Positions 17,771 through 26,937 of a DNA stretch of 32,000 nucleotides are shown in pieces. Source of the DNA: Promethearchaeia archaeon (GTDB lineage: Archaea; Asgardarchaeota; Lokiarchaeia; Sigyniarchaeales; SOKP01). The stretch is taken from contig JAWOFX010000061.1 in NCBI GenBank assembly GCA_046497275.1, positions 69,900-101,899 of the forward strand, in the 5' to 3' direction. Each line of letters starts with the position of its first letter. Position 1 is the first letter of the stretch. The translations under genes and the position numbers were made by a program. Below the pieces are notes generated by a model. That model did not search any database. It saw only the letters and a program-made list of their open reading frames with translations, and was not told the DNA's origin.

Positions 17771-18481
17771 TTAATACTGTTCTTCTTCCTCTTCGGTTTG
17801 ACTTTTCCATCTGATATATTCTAAAAATGATTCATTCCGAATTTTTTCTTCTTTTGTTGTCTTTCTTTGCTTATTAATTTCATTAACATTTCTTATCAAA
17901 AAGAAGACTAGTAAAAAGAGGCATACAATGAGCAAAATTTCTAACCAAAACCATCCTATGCGAAATTCATAAAAATATTGCCAGGTTGAAACTCCCATAA
18001 TATAATTAATATTAAATTCAGATTGAACTTCCTCTGGTACTCCGCTTACATTTACTAAAAGAGTTATAGAACCATAAGCAGTAAAATTATCATTTTTATT
18101 AAGATTAGCATTAAATTCATAAAGATAACTTTCTTTTGGACTTCCAAATACCGTCTCATCTGATATAATTAATAGATCATTAGCTTGTATCGTACAATCA
18201 ATTTCTGATATTCCAATGATTTGATCCGTCTGATTAGATGTATAAGAGATATAAAATACAGATTTATATCTATCTATTTGATTATTATAATCAAGGTCTA
18301 TTATATAATTAACTTCAATACTATTCCCACCATATACCATTTTATCGGTTTTTTCGATTTGATAATGTCCAAGATCTAATATGGAATCCAAATTAAAAAT
18401 AATAAAGAGGGAAAGAGCATTTAGGATTAATAAAATTAAGATAATGAATAATGTAATATACGACTTTTTCTTTACTTTCAT
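17771..18481 (-). CDS. Hypothetical protein with N- and C-terminal TM helices flanking a beta-rich domain
   Basis: 236-aa ORF. Basic N-terminus plus TM, Tyr/Ile/Asn-rich middle with NxT/S sequons, C-terminal TM and charged tail. Confidence 0.75.
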   Translation of the reverse strand: MKVKKKSYITLFIILILLILNALSLFIIFNLDSILDLGHYQIEKTDKMVYGGNSIEVNYIIDLDYNNQIDRYKSVFYISYTSNQTDQIIGISEIDCTIQANDLLIISDETVFGSPKESYLYEFNANLNKNDNFTAYGSITLLVNVSGVPEEVQSEFNINYIMGVSTWQYFYEFRIGWFWLEILLIVCLFLLVFFLIRNVNEINKQRKTTKEEKIRNESFLEYIRWKSQTEEEEEQY

Positions 18482-18777
18482 TCTAATTATACATGTTTTT
18501 TTTATCTTAATTATTAAAATTTTTTATCCTTTAAATTTGTTTGAATTTCCTTAGTTTTTTAAGTTACTTATCAAAATATCTATTCTTTCTTTATTTTTAT
18601 TTTATACTTTTTAAAAACACGGTTTCTGTTCAAGAATTATTTTCTACCGATAATTTCCTTGATTATCAAAACTTTCTCTATAAATTAAAAATTAAATAAT
18701 CGAAAATGAGACTATTATAATTTTTCAATATATTCTGAATATATTAAAAAAATTAGAAAAAAATAGGGATTTTAATT

Positions 18778-20193
18778 TTAAAGTTGGGGTCTTTTATCTT
18801 GCCAAGGTTGTAAATCTTCAAAGGCTTTTGATACCTGAAGGACTTTTTGCTCATCAAATCGTTTCCCAATAATTTGCATTGCAATGGGAGTGCTTTCAGC
18901 CGACCAGCCACAAGGGATTGATGCAGCAGGATTACCAATTAGGTTTACTGGGAAAGTAAATGCTTGCCAAGCGGTTGGTGAAACATTCTGATTATTTATT
19001 TTAGAAGGGAAAGATTTTCCTAAATCGAATGCAGTTACGGCGGTAGTTGGTGTGATAAGGAGATCATAATCTTTAAAAACCTTAAAGAAACCTTCATAAA
19101 TGTTTTTTCTTACATCCATAGCTTTAATAATAGACAAACCATCATAATTTAACCCACCTTCAATCATTCTTATCAGATCAGGATCCATTTTATTGCGCCA
19201 TTCGTTTAATTTTGGTTTCATACTGAAAGCAATTTCAGAGGTCCAAATTGTATAAAAAGCTAGCTCTGGTTTTCTCAATTTCATTCTCACTTTGTCTATA
19301 TTCCAATCAAGAGATTCTAATTTTTCAATTGAATTCATTATAGATCTTTCTACTTCTGAATCGATTATTTTGGCATATCCCATATCCAAAGAATAAGCTA
19401 TTTTTAATTTTTCAGGAGTGTTTTCGATTGTTTTATAATAGCTAATATTATTATCAGGGAGAGAATATCTATAACCTTCAAAATAACCTTTCATCGCATC
19501 TAACATTAATGCGGCATCTTTTACATATCGCACAAGTGGGCCAACAGCAGATAATGTATGAGCAAAAATATATTCTTTAGGATATACTGGTACTCTGCCG
19601 AACGTTGGTTTTATACCATAAACTCCATTTAAACTCGCAGGAATTCTTATTGAACCTCCTCCATCAGATCCTTGAGCTAAGGGGCTTATACCAGATGCGA
19701 CCGCAGCTCCAGCCCCTCCACTTGAACCTCCACATGTTTTATTCAAGTTCCAAGGATTTTTTGTCGTTCCAAAAATCTCATTATCAGTAACCCCTTTAAA
19801 ACCAAATTCGGGAGTATTAGTCTTTCCTAAAATAACACATCCCGCATTTTTCAATCTTTTCACATAAACACTATCTACATTTGGAATGAATTCTTCATAA
19901 ATTTTGGAACCAAAGGTGGTTCTTATACCTTTTGTTAGTGATAAATCTTTTAGAGAGGTTGGAATCCCATTCAATATTCCTAATGTTTCTCCTTTTTTAA
20001 CTGCCATATCTGCTTTTTTTGCCATATCTCTGGCAAGATCAAAAGTAGGAGTACAATATGCATTTATTTTTTTATTAATATTATTTGCCCTTTCAATAAT
20101 CGCTTCCGTTATTTCTAAGGAAGTTAATTCTTGTGTTTTTATCTTTTCAAACATCTCATAGGCGGGTAAATAACAAATATCTTCTTTATTCAT
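18778..20193 (-). CDS. Amidase signature family protein (not GatA)
   Basis: LKD (Lys), GKTNTPEFG, GGSSGG, GSDGGGSIRIPAS (Ser-cisSer-Lys triad), PTT. Confidence 0.93.
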   Translation of the reverse strand: MNKEDICYLPAYEMFEKIKTQELTSLEITEAIIERANNINKKINAYCTPTFDLARDMAKKADMAVKKGETLGILNGIPTSLKDLSLTKGIRTTFGSKIYEEFIPNVDSVYVKRLKNAGCVILGKTNTPEFGFKGVTDNEIFGTTKNPWNLNKTCGGSSGGAGAAVASGISPLAQGSDGGGSIRIPASLNGVYGIKPTFGRVPVYPKEYIFAHTLSAVGPLVRYVKDAALMLDAMKGYFEGYRYSLPDNNISYYKTIENTPEKLKIAYSLDMGYAKIIDSEVERSIMNSIEKLESLDWNIDKVRMKLRKPELAFYTIWTSEIAFSMKPKLNEWRNKMDPDLIRMIEGGLNYDGLSIIKAMDVRKNIYEGFFKVFKDYDLLITPTTAVTAFDLGKSFPSKINNQNVSPTAWQAFTFPVNLIGNPAASIPCGWSAESTPIAMQIIGKRFDEQKVLQVSKAFEDLQPWQDKRPQL

Positions 20194-20356
20194 GGTTTTG
20201 AAAGTAATTTTTTTATTATATGAAAATACGATAGAAATTCATTTAAATTCTTTTCTTTTATTTTAGATTATAAAATCTATAATCTATATTCAAAAACTCT
20301 ATATTAATCCGTATTATAATTTTCATATAGTATTATTTTAACAAGGTAATTTTTAA

Positions 20357-22009
20357 ATGAATGAATATAAACTTGAAAAATTGGATAGTTTTTCAGGAAG
20401 GGAAGGACCATTAACTCTTATTATTATGGATGGAATTGGTTTGGGGGAAAAAACTGAAACTAATGCGTTTTATCGGGCGAATACTCCATTTTTAGATAAG
20501 TTAATTGAAGAATCCTCTAAAAAGGGACAATATACAACTTTGAAAGCTCATGGAACAGCTGTTGGGCTTCCAACAGATAAAGAAATGGGAAACTCCGAAG
20601 TGGCACATAATGCTTTAGGATCGGGTAGAATTGTGAAACAAAGAGCAACCTTAGCAAAAGAATCCATATCTTCCGGAGATTTATTTAAATCTAAAAAATG
20701 GGAATCTTTTACATCAAAGATAAAAAACCAAGAAAACACATTACATTTTATTGGATTATTATCTGATGGATATGTCCACAGTCATATTACACATTTATAT
20801 GGGCTTTTAGACGGAGCTGTAGATTCAAATATTAAAAAAGTTCGGATTCATACATTATTAGATGGAAGAGATGTACCACCTCAATCATCATTGGAATTTA
20901 TAGATCAATTAAATGATAAATTAATGGGCATAAATAAATTAAATATGTATGATTATCAAATAGCGTCTGGAGGTGGAAGAATGAGAGTAACGATGGATCG
21001 ATATTATTCAGATTGGGAAGTAGTGAAAAGAGGGTGGGAAGCTCATGTTTGTGGAGTTCCAGAACAAAATTCTGATTATAAAGGATATTTCTTCTCAGCA
21101 AAGGAGGCAATACAAAAAGCAAGGGAACTAGAACCTAACATAAGTGATCAATATCTACCATCCTTTGTAATAATTGATGAGGAGAATAATCCTGTAGGAA
21201 AAATGAAGGATGGAGATGGGGTGATAAATTTCAATTTTAGAGGAGACCGTGCTGTAGAAATATCGCAAGCCTTTGATAATACTAATTATGGTTTTGAAAA
21301 AAGCTGTAATCCTAAAGTTATTTATTACGGATTAGAACAATATGATAAGAAGAAAAACTTACCAGAACACTATTTTATCGTTCCCCCTGAGGTTGAGGAT
21401 CCACTCGCAAAATACCTTTGTTATGAGAAAATTCAGCAATTTGCGATAGCAGAAACTCATAAATTTGGGCATATTACGTACTTTTGGAATGGAAATAAAG
21501 AAGGATATGTTTGTGAGAATTATGAAAAATATATCGAAATAAAATCAGATCCAAGCGAAATGATTGAGGATAATCCTAAAATGAAAGGATATCAGGTAAA
21601 GGATGCACTTCTTGAAGCCTTAGAAACAGAGGATTATAGGTTTTTAAGAGCTAATTGGGCAAATGGGGATATGGTTGGTCATACGGGAAATATTAACTCT
21701 GCTATTATTGCAGCTGAGACAGTTGATGAATGTGTAAAGGATGTAGTTCACAAGGTAATGGATTTAAATGGTATTGCTATTGTCACCGCAGATCATGGAA
21801 ATCTTGAGGAAATGGGGAAAGGACATTCAACAGCTCATTCTTTAAATCCCGTAATGTTTGCGATTATCGATCAGCATTATAATAATGAATACGAAATAAA
21901 TAAAAATATAAAGGAACCAGGTTTAGGAAATGTAGCAGCAACTATTCTGAATTTATTAGGCTATAAAAAACCGTCGACATTTATGGATTCATTAATAAAA
22001 TTTAACTAA
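20357..22009 (+). CDS. gpmI: 2,3-bisphosphoglycerate-independent phosphoglycerate mutase, GpmI type
   Basis: IMDG, GNSEVAH, GLLSDG.VHS, LDGRD, GRM..TMDRY, NFRGDRA, KFGHITYFWNG, NGDMVGHTG, TADHGN. Confidence 0.96.
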   Translation: MNEYKLEKLDSFSGREGPLTLIIMDGIGLGEKTETNAFYRANTPFLDKLIEESSKKGQYTTLKAHGTAVGLPTDKEMGNSEVAHNALGSGRIVKQRATLAKESISSGDLFKSKKWESFTSKIKNQENTLHFIGLLSDGYVHSHITHLYGLLDGAVDSNIKKVRIHTLLDGRDVPPQSSLEFIDQLNDKLMGINKLNMYDYQIASGGGRMRVTMDRYYSDWEVVKRGWEAHVCGVPEQNSDYKGYFFSAKEAIQKARELEPNISDQYLPSFVIIDEENNPVGKMKDGDGVINFNFRGDRAVEISQAFDNTNYGFEKSCNPKVIYYGLEQYDKKKNLPEHYFIVPPEVEDPLAKYLCYEKIQQFAIAETHKFGHITYFWNGNKEGYVCENYEKYIEIKSDPSEMIEDNPKMKGYQVKDALLEALETEDYRFLRANWANGDMVGHTGNINSAIIAAETVDECVKDVVHKVMDLNGIAIVTADHGNLEEMGKGHSTAHSLNPVMFAIIDQHYNNEYEINKNIKEPGLGNVAATILNLLGYKKPSTFMDSLIKFN

Positions 22010-22109
22010 ATTATAATCTATAAATTAGTAAATCTTTTTTATTTAAAAGTAAAATATTTAAGTAAAATTAGTGTATTAAAAATTTATTATATTAATAAAG
22101 CTGATAAAA

Positions 22110-22427
22110 ATGTCTGAACTTACGGTAAAAGGAAGAGTTGTTGGAAAACCAATGCAATATATTTCAGGAAAAACCTATATAATATTTCCTATGCAGTTAA
22201 CAGAAGCAGTTGAATATTCAGAGGACGAAAAAGAATTCAAAATAAATACCCTTGATTTCATACTTATTATATGTCCTTTTCTGTGCTGGGTTAGTAAAGA
22301 ACATATTATAGAGATTACTGGAAAGGTTAATCAAGGAGAGGGTTTTTTCTTTATAATCCCTACTAAAATTTACAGTAATTTTTGGAAATTTACATTTAAG
22401 AAAGAGTTTGAAGAAGCCCTTCCCTAA
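22110..22427 (+). CDS. Small hypothetical protein, possible OB fold
   Basis: 105-aa beta-rich ORF (LTVKGRVV...IEITGKV...FIIPTKI). Confidence 0.65.
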   Translation: MSELTVKGRVVGKPMQYISGKTYIIFPMQLTEAVEYSEDEKEFKINTLDFILIICPFLCWVSKEHIIEITGKVNQGEGFFFIIPTKIYSNFWKFTFKKEFEEALP

Positions 22428-22536
22428 TTTTCTTGCATAGAGATAAAATAAGTTTAGTATAAACGTTTCAAAAACCAGATTTATTATAAAAAATTAAAAA
22501 AAAAGGAATTTTTAACTGAATTTTATTTAAAAAATT

Positions 22537-23976
22537 TTACTCTCTTTTATTCTCAATTGGATTTTTAGTATCAACGAAGGATATAATAAGCATACCAAGC
22601 GCCATTATTATCCCTACACTTATTATTGATATTCCATATGCATCTGTTCCAAAGAAACCAGCGCTTATGCTATATATAAAAGTAAACACAAAAGGTCCGA
22701 GGGCAGAAGATAATTTTCCACTTAATTTGGAAAATCCGAAATATTCTCCAAACTTTTCTTTAGGAGCAAGTTCTACCACCATGATTCTCTGCGCGGTCCA
22801 AGTACCTCCGAGGGCAGGTCCAGCTAATAAACCCATAATGATACAGAGAATAAAAGGGAGATTGAATCCAATTTCAATAAAATCTAATGTGAATATTAGA
22901 ACAGTAGCGATTATTAAAGCAACGGCCCATAGAAATCCAACAAAATAGAATGTTTTTTTAGCTCCCACTTTTTCTCCGATTTTACCCACGAAATATGTAA
23001 AAAGCACAGCAGAAACCGTAGAGATTAAAATGAATATGATAGCGAATATATCTGCGATACCGCTGCCAAATCCAACTCTCAGACCATCCCTAACGATGTT
23101 TGTCATAAATGCAACTATGACATTAGCAATATCAACTACTAGGAAATATCCAATAATAAATATGAACATAGGTTTGTGCTTTCTTATATCTTTAAAAGTT
23201 CCTCTTACTTGATTAAATGCGCTAGAAATTAACTTTCCAAAGGGAGGAGTTTTCGCTTTTTTTTGTTTTTCCCGAACAAACAAAAATGGTAATGCAAAAA
23301 TGAAAAATAGAAACATAGATAAAATAAAGGTCTCCCAACGACCTGCAAAGCCATAACTTAGAGGCCCTTCGTCAGTAGATGATATAATATCTCCCCATCC
23401 ATAGATTAGTGGTACCAAGACTAATAATGAAATAACGGTTCCCAGATACCCCCATGCGACCCCAAAGCCTGAAACTTTTGGGATATCTTCCCTTTTTGCT
23501 ATAAAGGGTAGCATTGCATCATAAAAAGTTAAGCTGAATTGGTATGCTACATTTGCAATAACATAAAATAATAAAACGAGTGTTATATTACGGAAAAATC
23601 CTAATAGGCTCGCAAAGAGGAGAATAATTCCCGTTAGACTTATTACATATGGTTTTCTTTTACCAGCTGTATCACTTAAAGCTCCTATAATAGGAACGCA
23701 GATCGCAACTCCGACTTGCATTACCGCGCTTATTATCCCAAAAAGCAAAAATGAATCTGAATAAGATAATCCTTGTTCTTTTTGTCCAATAACTAACACG
23801 TAACGAGATATAATTAGGCTAACTATTACCATTGAATAAATTGTGTTTGCCAAATCATACATCGCCCAGAGAAAAACATTCTTTTTAGATGTTTCAGTTT
23901 CAAATTCAACCTCTTCTTCGCCAACAATGGCAGAGAGTGGTTTTATTTCTTGATCTTCTTCAGAATTATTTGACAT
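22537..23976 (-). CDS. MFS transporter, UMF1/Atg22-like family
   Basis: WAMYDLANTIYS, GALSD..GKRK, YDAMLP, SGFGVAWGYLG, EYFGFS. About 12 TM. Confidence 0.9.
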   Translation of the reverse strand: MSNNSEEDQEIKPLSAIVGEEEVEFETETSKKNVFLWAMYDLANTIYSMVIVSLIISRYVLVIGQKEQGLSYSDSFLLFGIISAVMQVGVAICVPIIGALSDTAGKRKPYVISLTGIILLFASLLGFFRNITLVLLFYVIANVAYQFSLTFYDAMLPFIAKREDIPKVSGFGVAWGYLGTVISLLVLVPLIYGWGDIISSTDEGPLSYGFAGRWETFILSMFLFFIFALPFLFVREKQKKAKTPPFGKLISSAFNQVRGTFKDIRKHKPMFIFIIGYFLVVDIANVIVAFMTNIVRDGLRVGFGSGIADIFAIIFILISTVSAVLFTYFVGKIGEKVGAKKTFYFVGFLWAVALIIATVLIFTLDFIEIGFNLPFILCIIMGLLAGPALGGTWTAQRIMVVELAPKEKFGEYFGFSKLSGKLSSALGPFVFTFIYSISAGFFGTDAYGISIISVGIIMALGMLIISFVDTKNPIENKRE

Positions 23977-24158
23977 AATAATCTTTTTTTTTATAATTAT
24001 TTTTGATATTGATCAATAATCTTATATATTTTACTTTAGTTGATTTTTAAGTATATAAGGAGGAGATAAGACTCAATAATCTTTAATTTATTTGGACTAG
24101 TTTTTTATTTTTTGAATGTTTAGAAATTTACATCAAACTCTTTAGAATCTGAATTGAA

Positions 24159-25901
24159 ATGAGTAATGAAGAGGAATTAAAAAAAAAAGTAAGAGCAGGT
24201 CTCGGGATCGCTCGTTTCTTAAAATCACATGGAATTAGTTATGTGTTTGGAATCCCTGACGGGCATACTCTGGGGTTTTATGATGGGATATTACACACAG
24301 AAGGATTAAAACATATTTTATGCAATGATGAACGTAGTGCAGCATTCGCAGCGGATGCATATGCTCGAGTGTCAGGAATGGTTGGTGTATGTGATGCAGG
24401 TGCTGCGGGATCAATGAATTTTCCAGTTGCCCTTTCAGAAGCAGATGGGGCGGGAAGTCCAGTCTTGGCATTAATTGGATTAATAAAATCCAAAGATGTA
24501 TTAAAAAATATCCCTCACGATATAAATGTGGAGGATACATTAAAACCGATAACAAAATGGTCAGGAAAAGTATTAGATCCAGAATATCTTCCAAGATTCT
24601 TAGAATTTAGTCTCAAACAAGCTATTAATGGAAGACCGGGATCTGTGGCACTCTGTATTGCCGAAGATGTGATTAGTTCAAAGGAAATTAGATTAAAACA
24701 CTTTATTCCTCGAGCAGGAGGATCTTGTGCGATAAATAGTTGTCGCCCATCAGCTGCAGAAAATGAAATAGATCAAGCTTTAGAAATGATCAGGAGATCA
24801 GAACAACCAGCAATATTTTCTGGTGGTGGCGCAATCACTTCAGAAGCTTTTCAAGAAGTTAAAGAATTAAGTAAAATCCTCAAATGCCCTGTGTTTTCTA
24901 CCATATTAGGAAAAGGAATAATGAAAGAAAATGATCCAAATTATTTTGGAACTGTTGGACTATTTGGAGAGAAACCTAATCATAAATTTATAAGAAAACG
25001 AGCTGATTTACTGATTGTTATAGGAAATAGATTAACGGAGGACGATACTGCAAATTTTAAAGTACCTACAAAAGCAACAGATATGATTCAGATTGATATA
25101 GAAGCTGCTCAAATAGGGTTATCATATCATCCGTGGGGAGTTGTGGGAGATCCTAAAGCAACACTTTCTGAAATTATTTCTCGCCTTAAAAATAGAGGAT
25201 TAATCAAAAATGGAAATATGAAGGAAATCATGGAACAAAGAGAAAAAAATCTTCAAGAATTGAGGACAGATTTAGAAGAATATCGGGAAGAAGATATCGA
25301 AACATGGATGAATTCAGAACCCATTAAACCACAGAGAGTCCTTAAAGCTATTTCAGACAATTTAGGGGAGAATGATTATTTAGTTACTGATGCAAGTTCA
25401 AGTTCCCGATGGATAGGGGCGTATTATCCCGTCAAGAGTGTAGGAAGAAAAATAATCAGTCCAAGAGGGGTGGGACCAACGGGATTTGGAGTTGGTGCTC
25501 TAATAGGGACATGTATTGCTGCCGATGAATTTTCATTTTCGGATGATAAACCAAAAAAGGTGCTCTTTACTGGTGATGGGGGTTTAATGAATGGAGGGAT
25601 AAATGAATTTGAAACTATTAATAAATTAGAACTGGATTGTACTATAGTAATCATTAATAATAATGCTCTAGGATTTGTAAAATTCGGTCAAGCAATGCTT
25701 TATAAGAAACGATATTATCAAACTGATCGGCCACGTACAGATTTTGCTGCTTTGGCAAATGCGTTTGGAGGAACCGGTGTTAAAGTAGAAAAAATTGTAG
25801 ATTTAGATCGAGAAATTAAAAATGCTATTAATACCGAAGGGTTTAATTTAGTTGATGTGGTCATTGATCCATGGGAATTACTTCCACCTAACAATTATTA
25901 A
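24159..25901 (+). CDS. Thiamine-diphosphate-dependent enzyme, acetolactate synthase-like superfamily (non-canonical)
   Basis: VFGIP, DERSAAFAADAYAR (catalytic Glu), GRPGSV, TGDGG...NN ThDP/Mg motif, central Rossmann-like domain (GGGA...ADLLIVIG). Confidence 0.9.
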   Translation: MSNEEELKKKVRAGLGIARFLKSHGISYVFGIPDGHTLGFYDGILHTEGLKHILCNDERSAAFAADAYARVSGMVGVCDAGAAGSMNFPVALSEADGAGSPVLALIGLIKSKDVLKNIPHDINVEDTLKPITKWSGKVLDPEYLPRFLEFSLKQAINGRPGSVALCIAEDVISSKEIRLKHFIPRAGGSCAINSCRPSAAENEIDQALEMIRRSEQPAIFSGGGAITSEAFQEVKELSKILKCPVFSTILGKGIMKENDPNYFGTVGLFGEKPNHKFIRKRADLLIVIGNRLTEDDTANFKVPTKATDMIQIDIEAAQIGLSYHPWGVVGDPKATLSEIISRLKNRGLIKNGNMKEIMEQREKNLQELRTDLEEYREEDIETWMNSEPIKPQRVLKAISDNLGENDYLVTDASSSSRWIGAYYPVKSVGRKIISPRGVGPTGFGVGALIGTCIAADEFSFSDDKPKKVLFTGDGGLMNGGINEFETINKLELDCTIVIINNNALGFVKFGQAMLYKKRYYQTDRPRTDFAALANAFGGTGVKVEKIVDLDREIKNAINTEGFNLVDVVIDPWELLPPNNY

Positions 25902-25911
25902 TGAAATATAA

Positions 25912-26493
25912 TTAGTTTTTCTTATATAAAATAATAGTTGCTATTCCATTTTTTAACTCTATTTTTGTATCATTGAAAGTACAAACAAAGGATAAATCAA
26001 TTTCTTTATAATAATTTCGATTTTGATTTTGAGCATTGAATATTAATACATCTCCTATTTCATTAAGATGAATTGAAATTTCACCAAAACTTATGCCTGG
26101 AACTTCTAACAAAATTTCTGTAAAATTATCGTGATTATTTATTTCTGATATAGGTTCTCTAAAGATATCAGAATCGTTATCTTCATGTGGATCAAAAACA
26201 ATGTCGTGAGCATTTAATATCTTTGTTTCTTTTGGGATTTGATTTTCAAACTTCCCAAAAAAATCTTTCATGATATCTTTATTAAAATCCCCCTCGATTC
26301 TTATATCTGGTTCATTCATGCCGGTTTCATAATTATAAGAAATCTTAAAACTCTTCTTATTTCTCCCCTCTTCCTCATCGTCGGAATTGAAATATTCTAT
26401 AAGAAATTTATCGAATGGATCTGAGTTTAAATTGAAAAACTTTTTTATCTCATCCATTATATCATCAAAATTATTATCATCAAAAAAATCCAT
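25912..26493 (-). CDS. Archaeal small heat-shock protein (Hsp20/alpha-crystallin domain), divergent
   Basis: Asp/Phe-rich N-terminus, EPDIRIEGD, REPISEI...LEVPGI, YYKEIDL, KNGIATI. Confidence 0.8.
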   Translation of the reverse strand: MDFFDDNNFDDIMDEIKKFFNLNSDPFDKFLIEYFNSDDEEEGRNKKSFKISYNYETGMNEPDIRIEGDFNKDIMKDFFGKFENQIPKETKILNAHDIVFDPHEDNDSDIFREPISEINNHDNFTEILLEVPGISFGEISIHLNEIGDVLIFNAQNQNRNYYKEIDLSFVCTFNDTKIELKNGIATIILYKKN

Positions 26494-26937
26494 CTTGTTA
26501 AACCTTCTTAATGTTTCAATCTAATTAGACTAATTATCTTAGAGTATTCATTAAAGGATTAAAACTTATTGAAAACTTACTTTTAAAGAAAGAAAGCCAA
26601 TGAATTCTATTTTTCACTAATTTTTAAGAATTCTCTAAAATATATTAAATAAAAAGATTTTCAAATTTAGATGGAATTTAATTGATCAAAGGAATTATCT
26701 CATCATCTAAACCGAATTTATAGTATGAATATAATCTCTGATAAATGTTAATTTAGATATATCTAATTTAATTGTTTCCAAGTAAAATTATATTGCGAAT
26801 ATAGCTTCAATATTATCTAAAGCATCAAAGCTGAAAAATTCAATATGATAATATCCTATGAGATCAGAAAGATTAAATTAATTAATAATTTAAATTATTT
26901 ATTAACATTTTTAGTGAAAAATATTGGAGTATAACTT

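Noticed and set aside
18778-20193. Amidase as GatA, partnering the nearby non-discriminating GluRS
   Set aside because: Has GSDGGGSIRIPAS rather than the GatA-type GSDTGGSIRQPA, and there is no adjacent gatB/gatC.
24235-25654. Antisense ORFs within the ThDP enzyme gene (also 1845..2180, 5672..5989, 22667..23212, 31381..31569 and similar)
   Set aside because: Shadow frames fully inside genes with strong family motifs.
26666-26711. Possible C/D-box sRNA (AUGAUGA on the minus strand inside an 8-bp terminal stem)
   Set aside because: No CUGA D box next to the 3' stem and no C'/D' pair.
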